This document shows, piece by piece, positions 24,801-35,484 of a stretch of 64,000 nucleotides of DNA (position 1 is the stretch's first letter; every line of letters begins with the position of its first letter). The stretch comes from Ophelia neglecta (taxonomy: Eukaryota): assembly GCA_965285935.1 (NCBI GenBank), contig OZ260666.1, positions 40,734,001-40,798,000 of the forward strand. The letters run 5' to 3'. The notes under the pieces are model-generated. The model was not told where the DNA came from. It made no database searches and saw only the letters and a list, made by a program, of their open reading frames with translations. The position numbers and the translations under genes were made by a program.

Positions 24801-27800
24801 ATCAGCTCAGTTAGTTAAGACTGGGGATATATTCAGCGATACCGAGGGGGCACCCAACGAGCGGTTCGGACATAAATCTTTCTGACGGACTTTAATTAGC
24901 TAGCTGACTGGCAAAATATCTCATAAAGACCAGATGAGAATGAAGCAAATGGCCGCCTTGTAATCAGATCATCTGCCTGAAGATCATAGATACTGTGTCA
25001 TCATGAACATAATAATTTCAACTTTGTGAGGATTGGCCCCATTGATCGGCTCGATCGATTGGATAGCTTACAAGTTGTCTACAAATCAATTATAAATTTG
25101 CAGAGCTACAACTTTTTTTTTGCGCCTACTTCCCATCAAACGAGCCTAAATTTTGGCAGACATATGATGACAGTATTTAATGATTTCTAGGCATATGTGA
25201 TGCGACTACGGTATGTAAGCGATGTCTGCAGGCTACTAGCTTAACTTTTTTGAAGTCGTGAATGCGCTGATTTAATGGCAGAGTACGTGAGGGGGAGATC
25301 AGTATGCGCTGGTTCCAATCAGGGTACATTCCAGGCGGCGCTCCGAGGAGCCATGATAACCTGGCCATACCACCTGTACCAGCTCACTCGTGTTCCATGG
25401 AGGAATCAAAGTCGACAGAATCTACCTATGGCCAACCCGATGTTTGACAACTATTTTACACATTCAGTGGGAGGTATAATAGTAGGCCTATAACCAGTTG
25501 TATCAATCTTGATTAAAGCACGCTCAATAAAATAAAAATATATATAAATTAAACAACAAACGTCAGATAGTTTTTTTTTAAAGTGGCACGATTTTTTACA
25601 TTCAGACGGTAAATAATCGAACATCTTTTGGGGTCTAGTACTATATCAGAAAACTATTAACTGTGCAACGATGATTTACTGACCGTGAGCGTTCAAAATG
25701 AAACTGTGATTGTGGCCATTATCAGGTTTGTATGGAATCGATCAAGCTAATTTTACTGTCTATAACACATTTCCAGACGAAAAAATGTATCCATCTAGCC
25801 GAAAAATTAGCATCCAAATAGTTTTACCCTAGGCCATTCACAAATTTGATTTTTATAGCCCAAACAGAATTGGAATATTTTCTTCTGTACCTCAAAGCCT
25901 ATCTCCGAATTGTCACTTTTTTTTTATATATAATAAAACGTTTGTGCCAAAAACGACTGGCTCATCTGAGATGTGTGTACTGTAATATTAGTAATGCTTC
26001 GGGAGGGCGGGGGGGGGGGGGGGGGGTGACTTATACACAGAATACACGAAACAAATCATTTCCAAAACGGACCAGAATGTTCTAGTGGAATCCAAAAGTA
26101 TGAGAACAAATACCGATTATTGGAATGATTTAGTAAAATACACAATTTCAAAATGTGTTTTTTATATATATGTAAGAGGAAATCAATGCCATCAAAATAA
26201 CGGAAGAAACCGATTGAGGCCTAGAGCTGAAGCAAGTCTTGAAAACTGTATTTAATAAAGTCATTACTGGGAGATTTGGTATTTGGGGCGAGGGGGTGGG
26301 GGCGTGTATAAAGATATTTGCTCTGTCTTTATATTCATAGCAGTGCCTTTTCTACATTTGAACTTTTCATTTTCAGATAGGCCTAAGGGAAGTTAAGTTT
26401 TAATACTTGTCGATCTTAAGTTTATTATGTTTTGTTTTGTATTGTAGTTCGATTGGTAAGATTATTTTTAGACAAAATCCTTTATGGAGTCACACTTTTT
26501 AGGTACAGAACAGGATATTTTGGAAATTAAAAAACACGAAACTTGAGTGGATTTTTAATTTAAGTTATTTTTAATGGGTGTTTTCGGGAAAATTAGTCGT
26601 TAAAGTGATGCACCTACCGACATTAAAGTGCACGTTATCGGCCCAGGAGTTGGCGAAGCATTCCTTGATGACTCCTTTATGTTCCCCAGCGCAGCCGAGC
26701 GAGTACCAGGAACATGTCATGGCGTGGGTAGTCAGCGTACAGATCACTAGATATTTGAGACTGCGAAGAAGAGCAGTGTTGGTTCCCAGTTCATCTTCCC
26801 GCCTTCCTGAACCATTGAAAAAATATGGTGAACTTTCCATTAAATTTGAAATAAATAGGCCTAGATGTTCATTTAAAACTGCTAATCATTACAGATGGAA
26901 TGCTAAGGTTATGAACTATAGAAAGGAAAGATAGGCATATAATAACGGGCACACTTTCTAAGGAACCATTTAACCAAATAAATTCCACTTGGGTCTAGTT
27001 CTATAGAGAATAGGCCCCCTTGAGTAAGGCCTAGGATATAAAATGTTTAAATTAGTTATTATTATAGGTCCTATATATAATCATATAGGCCTATATGCGC
27101 CATTTTAATAGTAGTCCCTGATAACATGATTACACATTTTTAGTTGCTTATCATATCTTTGGATTATAGGCCTATAGACTTAGTGTTTAGGCCTATACCC
27201 CCTTGGAATACTAAATATTTGAAAAGACCTTCTACCGGCCGCTTTTGAGCAACTAGCAACTGAAGGAAACACATAACGTTACTCACCAAAGTAGTTGATG
27301 ACCTTGTAGAACCGGATCAACCGATTCAACCGAACTAATGTCAGCAGTTTCCATGATGATTCGTAATCAAGCACCAGAGCCAGTATATCCGTCGGCAATA
27401 TCGATAATAAATCCACAACAAAATTTGTTCTTAAATACCGTTTCCATATTTGCTGTCTGTTTACTACCGTAATTCCTTGTTCGTCTTGGTAGGCGGTAAA
27501 AAATGTCAGAAGAACATTAATGAGGTAAATTACATCGGCCGAATAGGCCAACGCCCATAAGGCAGTTATGGTTGAGTCGAAAGAGGCCATGAACAACTCG
27601 AGAAGCATTGTGAGCATAATTGAGCAAGTGAGCAGGGTATGCCAGGCCATAAACGCTCCATTTTTGGGATGAAGCACGAACGAGCCGCATAATGATGGAC
27701 GCTTTTTCTCCTCTCGACGTTGGTACTGGATGTATTCCTCCGGAGCTACAGTCGCCATATCCAAGGGACTCAATCCGAATCGGATGTCTGAAAGAGAGTG

Positions 27801-27809
27801 GACCGACAT
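7556..27809 (-). CDS. CNGK: Four-repeat K+-selective cyclic nucleotide-gated channel (CNGK/tetraKCNG), 34 coding exons, ~2252 aa
   Basis: Hand-spliced GT-AG exons with consistent phases: 27287-27809, 26618-26806, 24093-24174, 23642-23819, 23058-23222, 22013-22159, 21823-21888, 21495-21609, 21154-21239, 20765-21025, 20227-20395, 18377-18490, 18082-18257, 17794-17936, 17403-17681, 17074-17190, 15458-15557, 14554-14700, 14180-14364, 13787-13935, 13432-13603, 13113-13280, 12791-12948, 12345-12653, 11949-12168, 11165-11324, 10817-10948, 10128-10692, 9738-9916, 9430-9501, 8872-9134, 8636-8766, 8008-8480, 7556-7921 (sum 6759 nt, one open frame). Four S4 segments (RLNRLIR, RLNRLIK, RLNRVIS, RLIHILR), four GYGD filters and four CNBD phosphate-binding cassettes (FGE...R). 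Confidence 0.92.
10400..13280 (-). other. CNGK repeat III (pore VSVGYGD, CNBD FGEVALLFSCPRTA)
   Basis: Translation of exons 13280..10128; followed by a Glu-rich linker. Confidence 0.88.
11383..11529. mobile_element. Short MITE in a CNGK intron
   Basis: Imperfect TIRs CAGTGGCAGATCCAG ... CTGAATCCTCCACTG, with an internal G-run at the left and C-runs at the right. Confidence 0.6.
15105..16960. repeat. Three diverged direct copies of a ~200-280 bp element (15105-15385, 15700-16010, 16750-16960), plus a partial copy at ~15600-15630
   Basis: Shared blocks CAGCAACCGTTGCAACTTTTATCC, CCCAGTCCGGAACCAG, AACCGGAAAC and CCATA.GCACACATGT.AC; end motifs TCGAGCGTAGCT / AGCTACGCTCGA are inverted relative to each other. 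Confidence 0.75.
18665..20286 (-). repeat. Tandem minisatellite of 82-bp units (some 85 bp, one 122 bp): 18 intronic copies plus the real exon end; unit = 3' end of exon 20227-20395 + donor GTAGGT + proximal intron
   Basis: Unit starts (+ strand CTACCTACC or variant) at 18694, 18776, 18858, 18940, 19025, 19107, 19192, 19274, 19356, 19438, 19520, 19602, 19724, 19806, 19888, 19970, 20052, 20134, 20219. Confidence 0.97.
21154..27809 (-). other. CNGK repeat I (S1-S6, pore TSTGYGD, C-linker, CNBD FGEVSLIYSMPRTA)
   Basis: Translation of exons 27809..21154; the pore codons are split by intron 23820-24092. Confidence 0.88.
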
Positions 27810-27960
27810 CTATCTTGAAAGTCACATGAACGCATCATTCACATAGCGTTTTTATCCGTAGCAAGAATTGAGTTGCTCGTAAGATAGCCTACATAGCCTA
27901 CATTGTGGCTTCTGAAACTATAAAAAGATGATCCGACGGAATATTGAATGATATGACCAG

Positions 27961-27968
27961 TGACGTCA
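27961..27968. promoter_or_regulatory. Palindromic CRE (TGACGTCA) ~150 bp upstream of the CNGK start codon
   Basis: Exact CRE in a CpG-richer patch, with CRE-like half sites nearby (~27997, ~28017). Confidence 0.35.
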
Positions 27969-30900
27969 TCAACGTGTGGTCCGCGTGTCGCCATATTGAC
28001 GTTCCTTTCCGAGAAATGGCGTCATCTGCTCATTTGGCGCCAAAGGGGACCATACATATTCATTGCCGCTCGTCTCTCCCATAGGTATACAGAATATATA
28101 GTCCAGTTTACAAAACTGCAGGAGAATAATGCCTGCTTTCTAACAGGTAGGTCTAGGCCTCGGAGTCAGTTCTGCCAATTCTAACCTTGTATACAGTTGT
28201 AGATCAAGACTAAGGACAAGCAGACGGCTAGCCTTGCCTCAAACTTCAAGAATCCTTCTTCAATAGCCTTCTTCTTTATCAAACTTTTGATAGCAATTAT
28301 ATGTGTTGCCAACGTTGTGAAGAAAACTAGTCCGATAGTAGCATTTAGTCCACGTTGATATAGTTTACTGCTGCAATTCTACCGCTTATTAACCATTCTC
28401 CAGATACGGCGTCTCTCATCCAAGGGCACACTGTGATAATAAACATGCAGGTTCCAAGAAGAAAACTCAGCAGTGCCTAGGCTTCTGCATGCCTAGCGTT
28501 AGTGCGCAACCAGAAAGCGTGTCCCAATATAAATGTTCCTAATTTTACTAGGCTTATTTATAGATTGAAAGCGTCCGAAACGGCTCAAATTGCACCATAA
28601 AGCCCCCAGTTCCTGGTTGAAAATAATTTCTTCACAACGAGACCACGTCAAAACTTCATTTTGTGAATTTAAAGGGTACGAAACTTGTTACTCTACATAT
28701 TCTATACTCGATTGGTCGAGTTTCAGTTGTGGTTCTCTGATAAATTTCAACAAAACTTTATGGTTCTAAAGAACATGTTGCAACTCAAAACAACACTAAT
28801 CTCCAACATTCTAATTCTAAGATATATATATTAAACATGTCTCGAGAGGAGACTATAATTAGAGTGTTTTAGTAGGCTACTGAAAATATCTTTTATCCTA
28901 AAAATGATTAAGGAAATTACTAAAGAAGCATTTTGTTATTTAGATTATTTCTTGTTTTGCGATGGCGTCAGCAAGTTGCTTACGATAATTATTATTGCAG
29001 AATTATAAGAGAATAGGCTGTGCATTGTCCATTTCTTCAGAATTCAGCATTACCGCCGGGAAACCGGCCTGTTGAAGCGATAGCCGATACAGTCCCTATG
29101 TCCCTGAACTGCGGACCACACTTCGTCTGGTATATCCTATGAGGGCCCAGGTAAAACTGGTAGGAAAATGGCCATTTTTTTGCCGGAAGCAATAGTGTGA
29201 AATTATAATCGGATGTGCAAAATTGGCGAAAACTTACCAGCACAAATAGGAACAGTTTTATTGGGACCTGCTGTAAAATTGAAACGAAACGTTGACCTGG
29301 TAATGTTTAAGAAATAGACTTATTGTACGCACTGTTATCGTTCTGTTTAACAGAATAATGTAGGGCGAACTATATACCGTCACACTTTCCTCGTTTCCTC
29401 GTAAAAAAACCGTCTGACTTATAAATGTGAGCTACTGGCGCCCATCATAGGTAGGGTGCTGACAATCAGGTCACACAAGTAAATCCTAGAATTCCGATAC
29501 CTTTTGCACATGCATGCACCTGGGCGAAAATGTCTAGATTGGTGGTGTAGATGGTACAATTTGTATCTCAGGCCATGAAAATTTGAAAGTGGTTAGCGAT
29601 CGCACGTGTTCCTGTAGGTTTTACTCTGAGTTTCACTGTAGCATTCTTGGATTTAGTGCGAAAAGTCAACGTTAGCATAACACAAAAGCTCAAAATAAAA
29701 GACAAAAACAAAGAAGGATTGGTGAATAATAGTAGCGAATTTTGCCTACAATTGATCTTAAGTATACACAGGCGTAGAATTTGGGTAGGGGGTGGGGGGG
29801 TTGGATAAATATGTCAAATCAACTATAAATTATCTGTGTTTTTGTAGGCCTAATACACATACATTTTGCAAATATATGGGCTTGCTAATGTCTTGGTATA
29901 GGCCCATATTGCCTGTGTGTGTTAGCATTTCGCTCTCACTAAGCTTTTTGTATATCTCCGGACGAAAACCATATGTTCGTGGCCTTAAGGCCTGCATGCA
30001 GCTTGGTAAATCGTTTATGCGCGATTCACCATTTCCGGTAGACGAAGCCCATGCTGTCAGCGGAATGATATGATCGATCGCAGTTTGTGTGCCGGTAAAA
30101 ACTGTGCAACTTTTTCATAGTTGAAAAAGTTTAAAGTGTCAGAGGGTTATGTCTGGAAGTCTTATGATGTATACAGTAGCAATATCTATATGTAACGTTA
30201 TACATTGATAGAAATATAATTTTGTTATAAAACAAATTTACCTGGAACTTTTTTTCCTTTGAAGCGCAAAGCGTTTTAACAGAAACAACTAAAACCCCTC
30301 CCATTAAGAGACTTATCTACATAAACATGCGCACAGACCCACCTTAATTTTGCTCGCTTACACTGCCATTTGTAATTAGGCCTATCACTGCGCAAATCCC
30401 ATCTGGAATTTGTACATCGCAGATTCCGCAATACAGGCCTACTCATAGGCCTATAGTAGTCTTGTGCCACACATCCCCTCCGCGCGGTATTTTTAGATAC
30501 TGATGTACCGCCGTAGGGTCTTGTAAAACTGCCTCTGGCCAAGTGCCCTCCAGACACAGAATCCGTGTCCTGCCTATCAGCGGCCAGTCCACTAAACCGG
30601 GTCCCCCAGCGCGGTGTGATTGGACACGCGGCCACGCTATCTGTGTCAAGCAACATTGCTGTCGGTACGCTCCCACTTGAATCGGGCTCGGCATTCTTCG
30701 GAAATTTGAACCTGTTTACATCCACACTGTACACATAATACTCCGATAAAAGGTTGCAGAGCGTCTTCCATTTTGAATGTTAGATGAAAATTACTAGGCA
30801 TAACAAGCGAATGAAACACCTGATTCTACCACGATAAACACGTAGAACACGTGAGCTGCCATGTTTGATTGAACAGCTGATCTGGGAAATCCCGAAGGTT

Positions 30901-33900
30901 GCCGAACGCAATGCTCAATCTAGGTCACAGCAGGTCAGAGTTCACAGCCTCGCTTTGGCCGTAAACGCTAGGCTTTGCTGCGCCATCTCCCGGCCATTTC
31001 AGTGGGGCACTTGGCTGCAGGCAGTGTTATCAGACTAAATGATAGGTAGTTCGCGGATTATACATTTAGGCTGGTGGAGTTAGACTAGGCCTATAGGCAA
31101 GAAAAGTTGAAATTTGTTTGAAAAAACAAACAGACCAATAAAAAATGTGCGAATCTTAAAGCGCAAAATTATCAAGTTTCATGCTGCACGGCATAGTTTA
31201 AGGTTAGTTTTCTTTAAAAATCAATTAGTTCCTTTAGAGTAAAGCCAAAAATAAATTTCCACGCGATTAGATCAACGCTTATCCGTGCCCGAGAATAGGA
31301 TAGGTTCCTATAGTCATGTGTGTTGCACGTGGGAGACTGTCATGTAGAACAAAAAGAGTCCCTTGCGATTTGCACTTGCTTCGCCAAGTTCTAACTTAGT
31401 CTTCGATAACCCTTAAGCTAATTTGGCTTGAAGTTGTTATCAGCGGATTACGACTTCTGTTTTTATAGATTTTCCTCGATTTTAGCAGGTTGGCTCAGAT
31501 ATTGTGCACATAAAGGGGAGCGGGCACGTGACAAGCCGCCCCCCCCCCCATTTCGCGTTTCATAGTTGCAAAGTTTCCGTTATTAAGCAGGTGTATAATG
31601 CATTATTAGAACTAGAGCAATTTTGGTGTAAAACATGGATAAGCAAGAGAAGGAGAGTTGTAAATTCAAACCAGTTAGGTCGTATATGAACTCAACTTGT
31701 CTACTGTTTTCTGGCGATGTATCTACATTTGACAAGCATTCTTAATTAAAGGAAAACTTAAATATGCGGCATATTGGAAACAAGATATCACAAAGGCCCT
31801 AATTCTTCTCATTTTTGCAAATTAAAAATCATTTCGGAGCATTGTCTTGTTATTTTAACCAAGGGCTTACCCTTGGCTATATTTGTTTCGAAATTGTCCG
31901 ATTTTTCCGCATGTACGCTCACAGTGTAAAGAAATGTTGACCAATTTTTGCTCTCCCACTTTGGCCTGCAACTTCGGCCTGCTTAAAGGTCACATGACAC
32001 ATCAGTACTGTTTGGCTGTATAGTAGACAATAGTTTTCAGCCTCATATGTGTCCTGGACACAAAAAAAGACTGGTCAGTCAGTCCTCAGTACCATAACTG
32101 AGATAAGCCGACCAGAACAAGTCATTGAATTCGTCCCGGTAGTGAAAATGGAGGTCAGAGTCCAGCTCCATGTTTCAACTGCCGATATGCTGAAAAGTCA
32201 GATTTCTCAATGGGATATAAAAAAAAGCCAATGTCAACTTAAAAGTCTTCTGTAGAATCCTTGCACATGACTTTCTATTAGTGATCGATTCATTTAATAT
32301 GCACCGTACGGCAAACAATGATGTATTAAAAATCAGTTTTCTTGGGTTGACCATGACCTACATAGTCTTATTACAACCTACGGAGTACGCCTGACACCGT
32401 GACATTGAGTTTGCCTCGCAAGGGACTCGCAAAGGTCCTCTATCCTATTGTTGGACACATGTACATATCAACTTACCAGTCTTTTGCATGTGAAGCTGTA
32501 GCAATAAATGCTGGTCAAATGTAGGTGTCAGACCCTGCTATAAGTAGGCCACTTTCTCTAACCAGTGTAGATATACCCAGGAGCAACTGGGCGAAAAACT
32601 CTAAGTCAAGTACATTATTATCCACTGGGAGGATAGAAAGTAAAGCTGCTTATCCGAAGTGTCGTGAGGGTATTACACTGCGTTAACAGGCTGTAATGTC
32701 TGGCAGGCCACCTCAGTTCATTGGACTAAATCTTGTCTCAGACGGGATTGGACTGGCAATGAACCACTAAGTCATTCATGATGTTTTGTGATTTCCATGA
32801 TAGCAAAGCTAGAATCTAGAATCTATATTTATACAACCTGGATTTTTGGCCACGTCCAAAACTTATTTTTTTACCACAAAAATATGAAATGACAGACCCT
32901 AAAGTGGGTCCAAAATTCAAGAGAAATCAGGGTGGATTTCATAATTAAACGCACAAATAAGGCCAGGAGACTATGATTTAAAAAACTCTCATGTTGAGCT
33001 AAATTTGAAAAAAATAGTAACTATCTGAATGAATAGTTAACGTTCTTAATGCCCACTAACTGTTGTCGCGATTCTTGGCCGTTAATACTATTCTTAGAAA
33101 GAAAAAACGTGTTACTAAGCTTTATTAAACCTCCTTAGATTAAAAAAGTAGCACGAAAATATCCTAAGGAAAACAGTATTAAATTTATTTTGTCAGTTGC
33201 TCCTCGGTATCTCTACGCTGGTTAGAGAAAAAAAGTGGCCTGCTAATAGCAAAGTCTGACAACTAACTTTGACCAGCATTTATTTTCTCAAATAAAGTAT
33301 AGGCTACCCCTAAATCATTCATGGTGTTATGTGCTTTTCAAAATATCATAGCTAGTAACTACAGTTATACAATTATGCATAATAAATAAAGTTCTTGTAC
33401 TATTATTGTATAGTTAGATCTAATAGGCAATGTATGCCAAGACCGAATGGTTCAAGTAAACTTTCTGCGTGTACTGAGACGCTATTCGCTGTCAGCCTTT
33501 AGCATTTATGTCCATTTACTATAATACAATAACGGTTGCACATCTCCTATAGCTGGGCTATAACGCCAAAATGAGCATATATCGTAAGAGTTGAATGGAT
33601 GGTTTATTGTCTAGAGATGCGAAGTTGGTCTCCTTTACATGCTGAGCGGGAGATCGTGCATGCATGGGGCCTTGGACATGCAGCAGAGGGGTGCCAACAG
33701 GGTGGGTGTGTACGGGTGCAAGGGACGGGGAGGGGGTATTTGGGGGCTTTAAAGATTTGTCCCATTCATAGTTATTTCTCGTTTTATTTTATATCATGTT
33801 TTCTTCGAGCTATTACAAAACACTAAAGCCCCGATATGTGTTTACGTGTGAAGGAGTGGAAAACGATTAAGTCGACTGACTAAGCTCGGGAGAAATTCCC

Positions 33901-35484
33901 CAGGGACTTTTAAGCCCAGTTTACGCTCCACGAGAGGCGATAAGAGAGACGATATCATTGGCTGTCTTTTTATACAGTCTTTATAACCAGCAAACAGTTA
34001 ACTCCTCGATTCCTTCGTTTGATAAACGTCTGAGATTTTCCCACATTGCTGGTTGGCTGTAATATCGAACATTAAATAATAATCAAAATTTATTTAATAT
34101 AGACTCTATAATTAAGTATACATGCCTTTATTACACGTGGGCTGTCTTTGGCATGCAGGCATGCGCTGAGTTTGCCTTTGCAGACAAACACACTTACATT
34201 CAGCGCAAAAATACAAAGTTTGCATTGTATTAAAGACAAATGGCAAAATCCTGGAAGGGTTGATAGAGTAATGAATACTGCCGACGATTGAACAGAAGGG
34301 TCTATTCTCATATTATTTTTAAGGTTAAAATTCCAGTCTTACCATTTCAAGTTAACTATCAATCAATTGGTTCTTTTGTTGCAAGTACATAATGGTATAG
34401 GTCTATTATATAAATACCTCACAAACGGCACTAACACTTTTGTAATTAGTTCGCTAGATAAGAAGACTGGAATATTGAATTTTAGAGCTTCGGTTAAAAA
34501 GTTCTAAGCTATATCTAGCATTTTATTAAAGGGAACTAACTACGCCATGAGTATTATAGCTTGTTTACATTAGTTCGAATGGCTATACTTTCACCGGGCC
34601 AACTTTCCATGTTGCATATGGTAAGGTGAGCGGTTGGAAATAGTGACGTTACAGCTCCCGAAATTAAATGTTGTAAAAATTGTCTTCCCAGCACACATAA
34701 GTGTGAACCCCCCCCCCCCCCCCCCCTTCCTGCTCTGATGTGCGCCAACGAGGAATCATGATGTATTCTGTGTATTTTATTCGACAACATACTACTTTCC
34801 ATAAAATTAATTATATTATGAACATATTTACCAAACTGAATTATTCACATTCAGCTGGCTTGATTGTATAATTTTTGTCAAGACTTTAATGCATACTGAA
34901 ATTAATTTTCTAAAGAAAAAAACAGCCATTTAAGAAATGTATCCACTATAACTAAGGCATAAAAGTCATAAATGTGTCTTTAACTAACCCTTAATATTAA
35001 GTTAGTTAAGTTTACATAATTGTGTCCTTAGATTTCCAGTATTTTCAATGGCTTGTTTTTCTGCAGCTACATATGAAAATCATATATTGTTATTTGAATT
35101 GGAAATAAGTAACATATAGGCCTAATAGTAGTTGCTTTCTTCACTTAATAGGGTAATGTACACCTTTCAGAAACTAAATTTTATTCTTCTTCAAAACTTA
35201 AAAGAATTAGCACAAATCGGTGCATATATAAGATACTATTATATGTACATCAAGTAAAATAGATGATAAATAAGCCGAACATAAGCACCTTAGTCGGTAA
35301 AATAGATGGAACAATGAGAAACACATTTAAAATAGACCAAATCTAGCCTTAACGCGTGTCGAGATATCGACGAAAGTTGGGGGAAATTTAGCAATATATG
35401 TAAAGTGCCATAATTAAAGATTTTAAAGATTCATTCGGAAAAAGGGTAAAAACAACGCGAGAGAAAATGTATAAGTGAGTGGTT

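Noticed and set aside
24795-24850. tRNA-like start (GGCTATCAGCTCAGTTAGTTAAGA)
   Set aside because: A-box-like only; no B box or cloverleaf.
25275-25493. Possible nested antisense exon in a CNGK intron
   Set aside because: GC-richer, but no recognisable homology or consistent splice partners.
30276-30734. 152-aa minus-strand ORF
   Set aside because: No recognisable domain, non-ATG start, and it contains TAGGCCTA words typical of non-coding DNA here.
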